DNA of 64,000 nucleotides from an uncultured Planctomycetota bacterium. GTDB taxonomy: Bacteria > Planctomycetota > Planctomycetia > Gemmatales > Gemmataceae. The notes under the pieces were generated by a model. That model saw only the letters and a list, made by a program, of their open reading frames with translations. It did no database searches and had not been told where the DNA came from. A program made the translations under genes and the position numbers. This document shows positions 41,177-51,742 of this stretch, in pieces. Numbering within the stretch: the first letter of the stretch is position 1; every line of letters begins with the position of its first letter. Where the stretch lies: positions 17,325 through 81,324 of the forward strand of contig CAWKHF010000013.1 of NCBI GenBank assembly GCA_963849325.1. The letters run 5' to 3'.

Positions 41177-43189
41177 ATGAGGACAACTTGTCTCTCCTGC
41201 CGGACTTTAGTCGTCGTATTCGGGCTTCTGCTATCGCTCGTCACGGATGCCTGGGCTGGACTATTTCAAAATATGCGAGTAGCAGCAGGCTCATACCCCA
41301 TCCGAGTGTCTACCGGTTCCCGGGTAAGGCGGGCTTACATACCCGCATTTTGCATCAACGAGAAGTTGGCTACGCCTTCCCGTTCCGACAATTTTGGCAG
41401 CGCATCGAAGTCGATGAAACTCGTCGGAATTAGAGGCGGGACTAAAGTCAGCGAGATTCCTCTAGAACAGGCCATACATGATGGTATCATTCGTCTGCCC
41501 GGAAGCGATGACTTCAGGGGGGTTGAGGCAGAACTGATGAAACCGGAAGCGGGAGTTGATTATTCGATCAACGTAACAGGAGTGGGAATTCTCGGAGAGA
41601 AAGCCTCTGACGTGAAAAAGTCGGAGGAGATGCTGAAGCCCTTCATGGACAGTATTAAAACGCTCGATAATTATGAAGCAAGATTAAAATCGGTTTTTGG
41701 TGATGAAAGCAGAATCGCACGACAATTTCATGATAGTAAATGGAGAGTCGAATGGGAATGGGCCCAGGCTCAACCCAATGATGCTCCCGCCTTGGTGAAG
41801 AAGTATATCGATGATTTTCGCAAGTCGGTAGCGAAAGACGATGGCAAAAAGGCGACACGCTATTTGAGTGTGTTACAAGGCCGGCCACTCACCGAAGCCG
41901 AAATCAAACTCGCGCAAGCAATTGGGTCTCGAACTTGCCGAAGTGAAATATGAGGAGTGGTTTATCCATGGATTAAAAACATATTTCGAGCAGTCGGAAA
42001 AACTCGCGCTGCTCTTGGGGACAATGACCCATTACCTCGAAGGTTTGAGACTAGTGTTATTCGTTTGTACGGTTCGACAGGAGATATTACGTGGGCAAGA
42101 AATATTGCTGCGCTGGAACTCCTCCCTCCTTACCTGAGGAAGACAAAAGCAGCGAGAGGTATCATAGAGTTGGAACTGGGAAGAGAACTTACTCCAGATC
42201 AGGCCCGTACGTTGTCTGCAATTACGGGTGTGAAAATGGGAGAAGTGGAAGACCGGTTTGATAGATTCGTGATGATTCGTATGTTGCCGCATGACCGAGT
42301 GCAATTGAATACCAGAAAATCGTCAAGAGTGGTGGAATTACAGAACATTGATCAGGCATTGCGGGTCCAACTCTCTGCGACTCCTCAAGTAGTAATCGAC
42401 GGTCCCATTGATGGTGCCCTCGCGGAAAAACTCAGCCGAGCAAAAATTAAAGTTGTTCGCAATCTGGAATCTCTAGCTGTTGACTCCGAGAAGGAACCGA
42501 AACGTGTCAAACTGATCTTTGTGATTTCGCAAGATCGTAAGGTTGCTCGCCAATTATGGGGCTCTTTTGACGTCCCAGGAGTAGTGAGGGATGCAAAAAC
42601 AATTCATGATAAGAAATTGGGGCTGATCGTCCAGAATCGTACTGAACTGAACGAAGCCCTGAAGAGTGTTGGTGACGATGAAAAGCCAGTTGTGGTATTT
42701 AATGCGGGTGAAGAGGGGATTATGTTTGATAAGCCGATGAGCGTCGAAGAGCTTCAACGGCTGGCAAAAAAACCTGATGCTCTTGCCTGTAATACCTATG
42801 AGTGGGACCAGCTGCTTCCAGACGACGGATTACATCTATCTGAAAGAGATGGTTGCCGCATTAGATCGCACGGTGAAGCAGTGCGCCCCTGTTGGCAATA
42901 GTGGAACTGGCAGTACTGGTGGTAATGCGGGAACGGGAGACGGGGGAAGGGCGGCTCTTTCGCGGGTTCCGCTGACTTTTTCTCAAGATTCAACGACAAT
43001 TACGGTTCGGAATTAGTGCGATCGAAGAAGAAGGCTGGAACTGTCGTCTTCATTATCGGTTCGGCTTTTGCCGGGGCCATCGTCAAGGTTTACTCCATCG
43101 GCCAGGAAGACGACAAGAAAAAGAGAAAGGATAACAAGGGTGGAGATAAACAAAACAAGAAAGGGAACGGCGGAGCGGGAAATCATTAA
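41177..43189 (+). CDS. Low-GC secreted/membrane-anchored hypothetical protein, split by about 3 frameshifts
   Basis: AAGGAG SD and signal peptide; overlapping ORFs 41177, 41957 and 42777; final frame ends in TM VVFIIGSAFAGAIV plus a Lys/Asp tail, TAA at 43187-89. Confidence 0.55.
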
Positions 43190-43304
43190 GGTGGAAGGAC
43201 AGGACATGGAGTCTTCTCTGACCCCCGCCCAAAAGGATCGCGAGCTTCATCGAGTTACACTGTCTTTGCAATTGGGTTCCTCAGAAGACGAGGAGATGTA
43301 GACC

Positions 43305-43556
43305 GTGATCACTTTTTTTGGACAGACAGTTCAAGAAACATGGAGAGCACTTACTAAAGGTGTCCACGCCGGAAAGCCAGCGCCACCCCCTCCTCCTCAG
43401 GTTCAGCCTGGGGATAAAATCAAGGCCGCTGTCCGGATTGTCCTCTCGGCTGTGTTGCTGCTAATCGGTACTTACTTTGTCGCTTCGGGAGATGAGCGTT
43501 CGCAGAAGATTGGAGGGTCGATTATCTCCGCTGTCATCGGGTATTGGCTGCGGTAA
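43305..43556 (+). CDS. Small two-TM protein
   Basis: GAGGAG upstream; poly-Pro linker, two hydrophobic helices, ends GYWLR. Confidence 0.6.
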   Translation: MITFFGQTVQETWRALTKGVHAGKPAPPPPPQVQPGDKIKAAVRIVLSAVLLLIGTYFVASGDERSQKIGGSIISAVIGYWLR

Positions 43557-43580
43557 CCAATCCTACTTCTTGCTTGCGGT

Positions 43581-43830
43581 GCATCCGTCACTGAACCGCG
43601 ACCTGATCGTGGCCGGAGCAGTCCTGCACGACACCGGCCACATGCTGGAATTCGGAGAAGCGGTCTCCGCTGTCAACCCGGCGTATAAAAGGCCGGGCCG
43701 GTTAGTCGGTGGTCTGACTCCCGGTCGCGACCTAGTGCTCGACATGGTCCGCGAGTTGAGCGACGTCAATCCATTCACCGACCGCGATCCGTTGCTGAAT
43801 CGGAACCTCTTCAAGGGACGGAGTGTCTGA
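43581..43830 (+). pseudogene. Diverged duplicate of the yhaM 3' end with a 174-bp internal deletion
   Basis: 43581-43770 aligns to 38921-39110 and 43771-43830 aligns to 39285-39344; same terminal [10 protein letters not shown]. Confidence 0.92.
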
Positions 43831-43845
43831 CGGTGGCCGGCATTC

Positions 43846-45377
43846 TCACTTCACTTCCGGCTTGTTGTTGCCGTAGGACCACGGCTGGCCGCTGAAAGGC
43901 AGTGGTCGTGGCGGCGTGGGCACCGGCCCCGGCTTGAGCTGTTTGGCCAGCTCCAGCCCGGCGTCGCGCATCTGCCGTCCGGCCGTGATCTCCAGGTTGC
44001 TGTAGCTGGTCAGGCGTGTCTCGTAACCGCCGCCGCTCGGGTCCGAAGGCGTCCTCGGTCGGCACGTAGCCGACGCAGCCGTTGGCCAGCGACACGGGGA
44101 AGGTGAAGGCGAAGCCGCTCCGCGCCTTCTGCTCCAGGCCGAAGCGGCAGAAGTATTCCGCCGGCGTGGTCAAAAAGAGCGCCGGCCCAACCTGCACCGC
44201 CTGCACCTCGACTTCGACCGTCGGCTCTTTCTTCAACTTGGCGTCCAGCAGCACGATTTCCTTGGCGAAGGTCCACTCCGTCTGGATCGCCGCGCGCCGG
44301 CTCCTTTTGCACCAGCTCCAGACATTCCTGGACGCGCTCCGGCGCCGGCGCGCGGCGCCGGATTGGCAGCAGGCTCGTTCGCGCCGTGACGGGCAGCCAG
44401 CGTCCCCGGCTCCATCGTCAGCAGCACCTTCAGCGCCTCCGCCCCCACCTTGCCGCCGACCCGCTGCGCCCAGCGCTCGCCGTCGGGATACTTGTACGGA
44501 CTTCGATTGTCCACCTGCGTCACGTCGCCGGACGCCCCGTTGAGGAAGACGACGACCGCGTCCTTGCCGTAATAGCCCTGAATGACCTTTTCCAGATAGT
44601 AAATATAGTTGGCGGAGATGCCGCCGGGGCTGGTCGTGGCGTGGCAGGAGAAGTTGACGACGCAGCCGAGGAACTTCTTCTTCTCGTCCCAGGCGCCGAG
44701 GACGCCGACCTCCGGGTCGGTCGGGCCGGCCGGCTCCACGATGTCGGGGTTTCCCTGGCCGGGATGGGTGACGGTTCGGCCGTCGCGCATCTTGAAACGG
44801 CGGTTAAAGGCCACCGTCTTCTCGATCCCCTTGCCGATGCCGGCGCGGGCGGCGACGCGGGACTCGTCGGCCTGGCAGACCGCCTCGACGATGGCTTTTT
44901 CGACCTTCGCCAGGTATTTCGCATCGGCGCAGGTGGAGACGCTGGTAGGCCAGCCGTCGCACCAACTCGGGGGCGTGGTCGTACTCGCCGGGCATGACGC
45001 CGGACATGGGGCCGGACGAGTGCGAATGCGAAGCACCTAGCAGGATCGAACCTTCGGGGATGCCGGTCTTCGCGGCGATGGCCTTGCGGACGTTTTGCAC
45101 CGTCTGCCGGTGGATGAACAGCGCGTCCAGGCCGACGAGGGCGATGCGATTTTTGCCGTCGTCGAAGACGGCCACCCGCACCTTGCAGGGGTCGTGCAGA
45201 GATCGGTGATAGGACTTGCCGTAGCCGCCGGGCGCCTCGCAGCCGATCTCCGGCGTGATGTCGCGCTCGGCGAAGCCGGCCTTGAAAGGCGGCGCATCCG
45301 ACCCAGCGTACACCGGCGGCTCCGGCAACGATCGTCAGGACCGCGAGGACGACGGTTTGGAGTCTGGGAATGAACAT
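43846..45377 (-). CDS. Neutral/alkaline ceramidase-like secreted hydrolase; several frameshifts
   Basis: [58 protein letters not shown] and GYVPT. Confidence 0.75.
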
Positions 45378-45440
45378 GATTTCTCCCGGTTGCCTCTTGC
45401 GACTGATCGCTAAGCCGCCAGCGGTCCTCGCAACAGACCC

Positions 45441-48425
45441 TCAATCATTCAACGGCTGCGTGCTGCGCAGGTAGGCGAACAGGTCGCGCACCTGCTGATC
45501 GGTGAGACCCTTCAGCAGTCCTTCGGGCATCAGCGATTTCTTGTGCGGCGTCATCTCCTCGATCTGCTCCTGGCGGACGGTGACGGTCTGACCGTCGGCA
45601 CCGCGGAGGACGACGACGCGGTTGTCCTTGTCCACCAGCAGGCCGGCCAGCAATCGGCCGTCCTTGGTCTCGATCTGGTAGGTCTCATAGCCCTCGCGGA
45701 CCTCGGCGCTGGGGTTGACGACGTGCAGCAGCATGTTGGCGACGTCGTTGCGCTGGAAGGTCGTCAGATCGGGTCCGACCTTGCCGCCCTGGCCGAACAG
45801 GGTGTGGCACTTGGCGCAGGAGTTGAGAAACAGCTTCTTGCCGGGGTAGGGGCTGCCGGCGCCGCCGCGCAGCACGCCCTCCAGCCGGGCGATCTCCTGC
45901 TGCATCTCGGCCGTCGTCGCTCCTTCCACCTTGCCCCAGTGCTTGGCGACCAGGCGAGCGATGCGCTCGTCGCGGTGGGCCGCCAGCTTCCGCACCGTCT
46001 CGGCGGGCACCGTGGCGCGATCGATCTGCTCCTTGTCCACCGCTTCGAGCAGCTGCAACGCCCAGACCTTACGACTGGCCAACAGCGTCCGAGCGACGTC
46101 GCGCACGTCGTCGTTGAATTTGCCGTAGAGCCGAAGGACGGTCGCGCCGATCTCCGGGCGGTCGTACTGCTGGAGCGCCGTCAGGGCCGCCATGCGCAGG
46201 ACGTCGTCGCGGGTGTGCTCGATAAGATCGAGCAGGACCGGCAGCGCTCGCGGTTGCCGAATTTCGCCGAGAATCTGGACGTACTGCAAGCGCTCGTTGA
46301 CGTCGGCGCGGGCGTCGGCGACGACGGCCAGCGCCTTGGCGACGGACTCCGGCCGATTCTGACGCAGGCCGAGCACGACGGAACTGCCGGCGTACTTGGC
46401 CAGCGCCTCGGCCAGTTCGGCCGGCAGGTCGCCGAGCGGCCGGCCGTGGAACGCCTCCTCGAAGCCGCGCAGCAGTCGCTTGGCGCACTCGGCATCAGGG
46501 GCCAGCCGCAGCAGGCGGGCGCAGGTGAGCAGATCCTTGCGGGTGCCTGCCGCCGCGTAACGCCGCATCAGACGGTGCAAGAGGTGCGTCCGCACCATCG
46601 GCAGCCGCCACACCGCCGAGTCCTCCAGCAGCGCCACGACCCGATCGCGGTCGGATGTACACTTGGACTCGATCGCCCACCACAAGAGCAACGGCAGGTG
46701 GATGTCGCCCATGTCCTCGTCATGGGCCAGCAGGTTGCGGACGATCGGCAGGGCGTCCGTCGCCGGCAGCCGTTTCGCCGTGCTGGCGAGCTGGCTGCGT
46801 ACCTCGACGTGCGGCTCGGAGCGCGCCATTTCGGTCAGGCGCTTGGCCAGCGCCGGCGCGACTTTCTTGTCGTCGCCCAGGAGGCGCACCGTCCACAGGC
46901 GGACGTAGGGGTCGGCGTGGCCGAGCGTGTTCGCGGCCCGTTCGTCGTCGAAACCGCCGCTGAGATTCAACCCCCACAGCGCTTCGAGGGCCGTCTGTCC
47001 CGTCTCCGCCAGCAACTTCCGCAGCAATGGGATCGCCGCACGATCTCGGCGGTCGCCGAGCAGCCGCAGGGCCGTCCGCCTCTGCCACTTATTCTCGTGG
47101 CGCAACAGCGCGACCAACTCCGCCGTGGATTTCTTGGCGTGATCGAACGGTGGAAGCGGCGCGGCGTCGGGCGCGCGGAGGCGATAGACGCGGCCGTTGC
47201 TCTTGTCGATCTTGCCCTCGTGATGGCGGAGATGAGCGATCTGCGCTTCGTAGAAGTCGGCGACGTAGACCGCCCCGTCGGGGCCAACTTTGACCTCCAC
47301 GGGGCGGAACCACGGATCGGTCGCGGTCAGCGGAAAGAGGACATCTTTTGTCTGAAAGGACGAACCGTCCGGCTGCCGCCGAGCGCAAACGACGTGCCCT
47401 TGCAGCGGGGCGACGGCGAACAACTCGCCGTGGTAGCGGCGTGGCAGCGTCGCCCCTTCGTAGATGACGAAGTTGTGCGTGAAGCGCTGCACCTTGGGAT
47501 GCTTCATGGCCGGGAAGTAGCCGAAGGCGTAGGGATTGGACAACGGCCCATGTTTGCCGAAGCCTTTCTGCAGGTAGGCACCCTGGACGTAGTGAAAGCC
47601 GCGGGTATCGCCGCCGTTGTGGCCGGAGAAGACGCGGCCCTTGGCGTCGATCTCCAGGCCGAAGGCATTGCCGCCGCCCTCGGCGAAGATCTCGTAGCGG
47701 CGCATCGGCGGATGGTAGCGCCAGATGAGCTGGCCCATCGAGTGGACCGGCGGTTCGTTGCTGCCGTAGCGCTTGACGTGGCCGGTGACGGTACTGCCCT
47801 GGCAGGCGTACAACCAACCGTCCGGCCCCCATTGCAAGCTGTTGACGCAGGAATGCGTGTCTTCCAGGCCGAAGCCTTCCAGCAACACCTCCGGCGGCCC
47901 ATCCGGCACATCGTCGTTGTTCCGATCGGGATAGAAGAGCAGATAAGGCGGGTTGAGCACCCACAGACCGCCGCGGCCCTTGACGCAGGAGGTGACGATG
48001 TTCAGCCCGTCCACAAACGTCTTGTGCTTGTCGAAGACCCCATCGCCGTCGGTGTCCTCGTGGATGGTGATTTTGTCCGCGCCCTTGAAGTGGTGCGGCG
48101 GCGGCGGCGGCACTTTGTCGTAGACGGCGCGCAGGAACTTGTCTTCGCTGAGGATCCTCAACCCGGCAGGATACGGATATTGCAGATACTGAACGACCCA
48201 CATTCGACCGCGCTCATCAAAGTGGAGGAAGACGGGCTGAGCGACGACCGGCTCGGCGAGCACCTGGTCCAGCTTCAAATCACCGGCGACGCGGAAACAT
48301 TTCAGCGCCTCCGATGGAGAGAGCGGCGGGCTGGATGGTTTGGCAGCTTTCTTGTCTTCGGCGGAGAAGGCCACGGCGGCGACCATCACCAGGAGCAACG
48401 CCGGAAGGTAGATGCGGATTCTCAT
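45441..48425 (-). CDS. PVC-type heme-binding membrane-bound dehydrogenase-like protein (propeller + HEAT repeats + cytochrome c)
   Basis: LAEPVVAQPV..FDERGRMWV, EDTDGDG, GPDGWLY, HEAT repeats, CAKCH..VGPDL and SLMPEGL. Confidence 0.9.
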   Translation of the reverse strand: MRIRIYLPALLLVMVAAVAFSAEDKKAAKPSSPPLSPSEALKCFRVAGDLKLDQVLAEPVVAQPVFLHFDERGRMWVVQYLQYPYPAGLRILSEDKFLRAVYDKVPPPPPHHFKGADKITIHEDTDGDGVFDKHKTFVDGLNIVTSCVKGRGGLWVLNPPYLLFYPDRNNDDVPDGPPEVLLEGFGLEDTHSCVNSLQWGPDGWLYACQGSTVTGHVKRYGSNEPPVHSMGQLIWRYHPPMRRYEIFAEGGGNAFGLEIDAKGRVFSGHNGGDTRGFHYVQGAYLQKGFGKHGPLSNPYAFGYFPAMKHPKVQRFTHNFVIYEGATLPRRYHGELFAVAPLQGHVVCARRQPDGSSFQTKDVLFPLTATDPWFRPVEVKVGPDGAVYVADFYEAQIAHLRHHEGKIDKSNGRVYRLRAPDAAPLPPFDHAKKSTAELVALLRHENKWQRRTALRLLGDRRDRAAIPLLRKLLAETGQTALEALWGLNLSGGFDDERAANTLGHADPYVRLWTVRLLGDDKKVAPALAKRLTEMARSEPHVEVRSQLASTAKRLPATDALPIVRNLLAHDEDMGDIHLPLLLWWAIESKCTSDRDRVVALLEDSAVWRLPMVRTHLLHRLMRRYAAAGTRKDLLTCARLLRLAPDAECAKRLLRGFEEAFHGRPLGDLPAELAEALAKYAGSSVVLGLRQNRPESVAKALAVVADARADVNERLQYVQILGEIRQPRALPVLLDLIEHTRDDVLRMAALTALQQYDRPEIGATVLRLYGKFNDDVRDVARTLLASRKVWALQLLEAVDKEQIDRATVPAETVRKLAAHRDERIARLVAKHWGKVEGATTAEMQQEIARLEGVLRGGAGSPYPGKKLFLNSCAKCHTLFGQGGKVGPDLTTFQRNDVANMLLHVVNPSAEVREGYETYQIETKDGRLLAGLLVDKDNRVVVLRGADGQTVTVRQEQIEEMTPHKKSLMPEGLLKGLTDQQVRDLFAYLRSTQPLND

Positions 48426-48490
48426 GCGGTGTATCTCGATTGAAGGATCGATTCGCCCCGTTTGCCTTTCCCCGTCGCCATTTCGACAAG

Positions 48491-48931
48491 TCAAGCGGTT
48501 CGGTTTCGGCCGAGGATGGTGGCGATCTCACCGTACACTCCCCCAGCGACAGCGTCGGGGGTGGCGTGCTCGATGTCGATAGCCGGCCCCAGCTTGCTCG
48601 TCCACAAGCCGTTGGGAAGTTGCCGGGCGGCATGCGTCGGCGTCTGACCCGTCGCGTACAAGGCCACCTTTTCGACGCCGGGTTCCAGGACGGAGGAAAC
48701 GCTCGGGGTGTAACCAAGTGTCGAAAACGCCGCCACAAAGGCGGTGAGCGATTCCTCACGCGGCACATTCGCGGGCCAGTAGCGTCCCGGCGCCGGCCAC
48801 CACCAGGCATCGCTAACGCCGGCCGCCCAGGCGATGCAATTGTATTCCCAGGCGGCGGGACTGGTTTCGCGGTAGTTGTCCGCCGTTAGCCGCGGCAGGG
48901 CGGCTCGAAGTCGTTCATGAAAAGCAGGCAT
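48491..48931 (-). CDS. Papain-like Cys/His domain protein (resembles DUF7689)
   Basis: YNCIAWA..WWWP..KVALY..PTHAAR..WTSKLG..IEH..YG. Confidence 0.7.
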   Translation of the reverse strand: MPAFHERLRAALPRLTADNYRETSPAAWEYNCIAWAAGVSDAWWWPAPGRYWPANVPREESLTAFVAAFSTLGYTPSVSSVLEPGVEKVALYATGQTPTHAARQLPNGLWTSKLGPAIDIEHATPDAVAGGVYGEIATILGRNRTA

Positions 48932-48949
48932 GGCTCGACCCCGGTCGGG

Positions 48950-49270
48950 TCAAATCAACTTCTGTTGCCGCCCCCAGGTGAGCCAATCCGCCCTCATGGC
49001 CGCGATATTGCCCCAGTGCTCGCGCGGCACCGGATCGTCACCCGTGATCGCCTGCAGCGCCTCGAACCAGTGGGCCGGCTCCCGCTCCAGGTCGCGTAGC
49101 AAGAGCGGCACGACCGGCGGTCCCAGAGCGATGATCGCCCGGTAGGCGGGATGGGCCATCATCGCCGTGCTTGATGAGAGCAAGGCCGTCGCGGTCTTCC
49201 ACTGCTCGGCCAGTTTCTCGAATTGCTCGGCGATCAAAGACTGTTCCGTCGAGTTAACGACTGGCGGCAT
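48950..49270 (-). CDS. Small helical partner protein of the Cys/His domain
   Basis: AGGAG SD; FEKLAEQWK..LSS..HPAYRAIIALGPPVVPLLLRDL..HWFEAL. Confidence 0.75.
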   Translation of the reverse strand: MPPVVNSTEQSLIAEQFEKLAEQWKTATALLSSSTAMMAHPAYRAIIALGPPVVPLLLRDLEREPAHWFEALQAITGDDPVPREHWGNIAAMRADWLTWGRQQKLI

Positions 49271-49390
49271 AGGTATTCTCCTATTACCTACGGAGTTGGC
49301 CAACGGTTATCGGGTCTTCTACTCCATTGTACCCCATTTGGCACGACCGCTCCCAACTCAAAATATACTATAGAGGTCTCTTTTATAATT

Positions 49391-50701
49391 TTAAGCCATC
49401 TCTAGCCCGCGCATCGTGCCGGTGCTCGACGCAAACTTGTCGGTCTCGATCCCCAGACGTTGGAGCATGGAGACGAACAGGTTCGGCAGCGGATAGTTGC
49501 GTTGGCGGTCGAAGGCGAGGTGCTGGCCGTGGCGGAAGCCGCCGCCGGCCAGCAGCACCGGCAGGTTCGTGTTCGAGTGAGCGTTGGCGCTGCCCATGCA
49601 GGTGCCGTACAGCACCATCGTGTGGTCGAGCAGTGTTTCGCCGTCCTCGCGGACGCCGCGCATGCCGCCGAGCAGCTCGCCGAGCACGTGGAACTGCGCT
49701 TCCTCAATCCGACGCAGCTCGGCCAGCGTCTCCGACCGGTTGCCGTGGTGCGTCAGCGAGTGCGTCTCGTGCTTGACGCCGGCCACCTCCGGTACGATGC
49801 CCGCCGTGTAGACAAATAGCGTCACCAGCCGCGTCGAGTCGGTCTCCAGCGCCAGCCGGATCATGTCGTACATCAACCGCGTCCGCTCGACGAGCTTTTT
49901 CGTGTCCATGACGTCCGCCGGCATCGGCGCCTGGACCTTCGGCTTGGGCCGGCGTTCCCAGTCCTCGGCGCTGACGAGCTGCTTCTCCAGGTCGCGGATC
50001 GACGTGAAGTATTGATCCAGCCGTTCGCGGTCGTGCGGTCCAAGGTCGCGCTGCAAGTGCTTGGCGCTATCGTTGACGAAGTCGAGCAGACTGCGGCCCA
50101 GACGCAGGTCGTCGATGCGGTTGTCCATCTCCTTCGCCGTGCCCTGGACGAACATCCGCCGGTACAGGGCGGCGGGACTTTTCTCACCAGGGATCATGAC
50201 GCCGCCGCGCGTGAACGACAGGCCGACGCCGCCCTCGGTGCTGACCAGCAGCGGCAGGGCGGCGAAGCGCGTCTGTGCGCCGATACGCTCGGCGGCGAAC
50301 TGGTCGAGAGAGATGGAGTTTTTGAAGCCGCCGCTGCCGGGGTGCGGAGCGGCCGTCAGAAAGGCGTTCTCCGCCTGGTGTCCGCCGTCCACGTTGGGAT
50401 GCGAGACACCGCTGAAGACGGTCAGATCGTTGCGATAATCCTTCAGGATCTCCAGGTAGGGGCTGAGTTGGTAATCGCGGCCGGCCTGCTCGGGGAAGAA
50501 GTATTGCGGCAGGATGCCCATGTTCGTTTCGATCGCCACCATGCGGCGCGTCGGCTTGGCGGCGGCCTTCTCCGCGGCGCGAGCGAATGCCGGCGTCATG
50601 GCGTCTAAGAAGGGCAGCGACAGGGCGACGCCGGCCCCGCGCAGGAAGGCGCGGCGCGACAGTGGGCGGGCGGTGGGAGTGAAAAAGGTGGGATTCATCA
50701 A
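49391..50701 (-). CDS. DUF1552 family Tat-exported protein
   Basis: [42 protein letters not shown] and NLPVLLAGG. Confidence 0.9.
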   Translation of the reverse strand: MMNPTFFTPTARPLSRRAFLRGAGVALSLPFLDAMTPAFARAAEKAAAKPTRRMVAIETNMGILPQYFFPEQAGRDYQLSPYLEILKDYRNDLTVFSGVSHPNVDGGHQAENAFLTAAPHPGSGGFKNSISLDQFAAERIGAQTRFAALPLLVSTEGGVGLSFTRGGVMIPGEKSPAALYRRMFVQGTAKEMDNRIDDLRLGRSLLDFVNDSAKHLQRDLGPHDRERLDQYFTSIRDLEKQLVSAEDWERRPKPKVQAPMPADVMDTKKLVERTRLMYDMIRLALETDSTRLVTLFVYTAGIVPEVAGVKHETHSLTHHGNRSETLAELRRIEEAQFHVLGELLGGMRGVREDGETLLDHTMVLYGTCMGSANAHSNTNLPVLLAGGGFRHGQHLAFDRQRNYPLPNLFVSMLQRLGIETDKFASSTGTMRGLEMA

Positions 50702-50812
50702 GGAACTCCGGGGTGGGTTCGAGACCGTTGCCGTTCTCTATGTTACGTCATGGATCGCCGTCGAGCCAGGACGGAACGGTGCCGTTCGGCTTACATCGAC
50801 GAAGGAGCAACG

Positions 50813-51649
50813 ATGACACGTCCGATGACCCTTGCGGAGAAGCAGCGGTTCCAGGGTTACTTCCCGAACCTCGATGTGAATCGCGCGGTCGTGACAGGAG
50901 AAGTGTCCACGGTGTACAATTGCATTTCCTGGACCGTGGGCATCACGAATCGCTGGCTCTGGCCCGGCAATTCCTTGGCGAATTTTGACACCTTCTACCG
51001 CGGATTCGGTTTCGTCCGGTCTGGCGATGGAAGCATCGCTGCCTGGGGACTTTCGACTTCTCATATGACGCACGGTTCGGTCACAGGTCGCGGGCACGGC
51101 CCACGCTGGGAATCAAAGTGCGGGAACGATCTTCGCATCCAACACGGACTCAACGAACTCGTCAGCAGCAGTTATGGCCGCGTCCTGGCCTTCTATCGCA
51201 AAAGCCGCACGCTGGTGGCCGCCTACGAGGCGGCACGGGAGGAAGTCATGAAGGAAAAAGCCGCCAAGTCGTACCTGTCCGCCATCCAGAAACGCGCCCT
51301 CCACGAGGAATTAGAAAGGGTGCCGGAGCAACTCCGAGCCGCCTTCGACCAAACTTTCACCGCCTGGAAGAATACCTGGTTCCGTGGCGGCTTGGCGATC
51401 AGCTCCGATCCGCACACGCGAGCCGTCGGAAGGGAGTACGACGCGCTCATCGCTCTGGGGCCGGCCATCCTGCCACTCGTCGTCGAGAAACTGGCGGATC
51501 CGGAAAACTTCTTCGCCCTTCAGCTCTATGATGCGCTCCAGTCCAATGAAAAGCTGCTCGTACAATTCGAGCCGGATGACGAGCGAATTCTCGAAGGCGA
51601 GCAGGGACGGGCACAGCGGGTTGTGCAGGCGTGGTTCGCCAATAGGTAG
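50813..51649 (+). CDS. Fusion of the papain-like Cys/His domain and the helical partner domain
   Basis: AAGGAG SD; N-half YNCISWT..WLWP..MTHGS..WESKCG..IQH..YG; C-half FTAWK..ISS..YDALIALGPAILPLVVEKL..FFAL. Confidence 0.8.
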   Translation: MTRPMTLAEKQRFQGYFPNLDVNRAVVTGEVSTVYNCISWTVGITNRWLWPGNSLANFDTFYRGFGFVRSGDGSIAAWGLSTSHMTHGSVTGRGHGPRWESKCGNDLRIQHGLNELVSSSYGRVLAFYRKSRTLVAAYEAAREEVMKEKAAKSYLSAIQKRALHEELERVPEQLRAAFDQTFTAWKNTWFRGGLAISSDPHTRAVGREYDALIALGPAILPLVVEKLADPENFFALQLYDALQSNEKLLVQFEPDDERILEGEQGRAQRVVQAWFANR

Positions 51650-51742
51650 GGGAAGGCGGGTCTGCGCCAAAGCGCTGGCGGACAAGGCGCTGCCAGCGAA
51701 TAGAGCAAGCAGGTACTTGGCCTGCTCCCACCTTATTAGCTC

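Noticed and set aside
45543-48443. Long antisense ORFs (966 aa here; also 4686..6935, 33204..35024, 51779..53692, 817..2685)
   Set aside because: These are shadows of well-supported genes on the other strand, expected in high-GC DNA, with no recognisable motifs.
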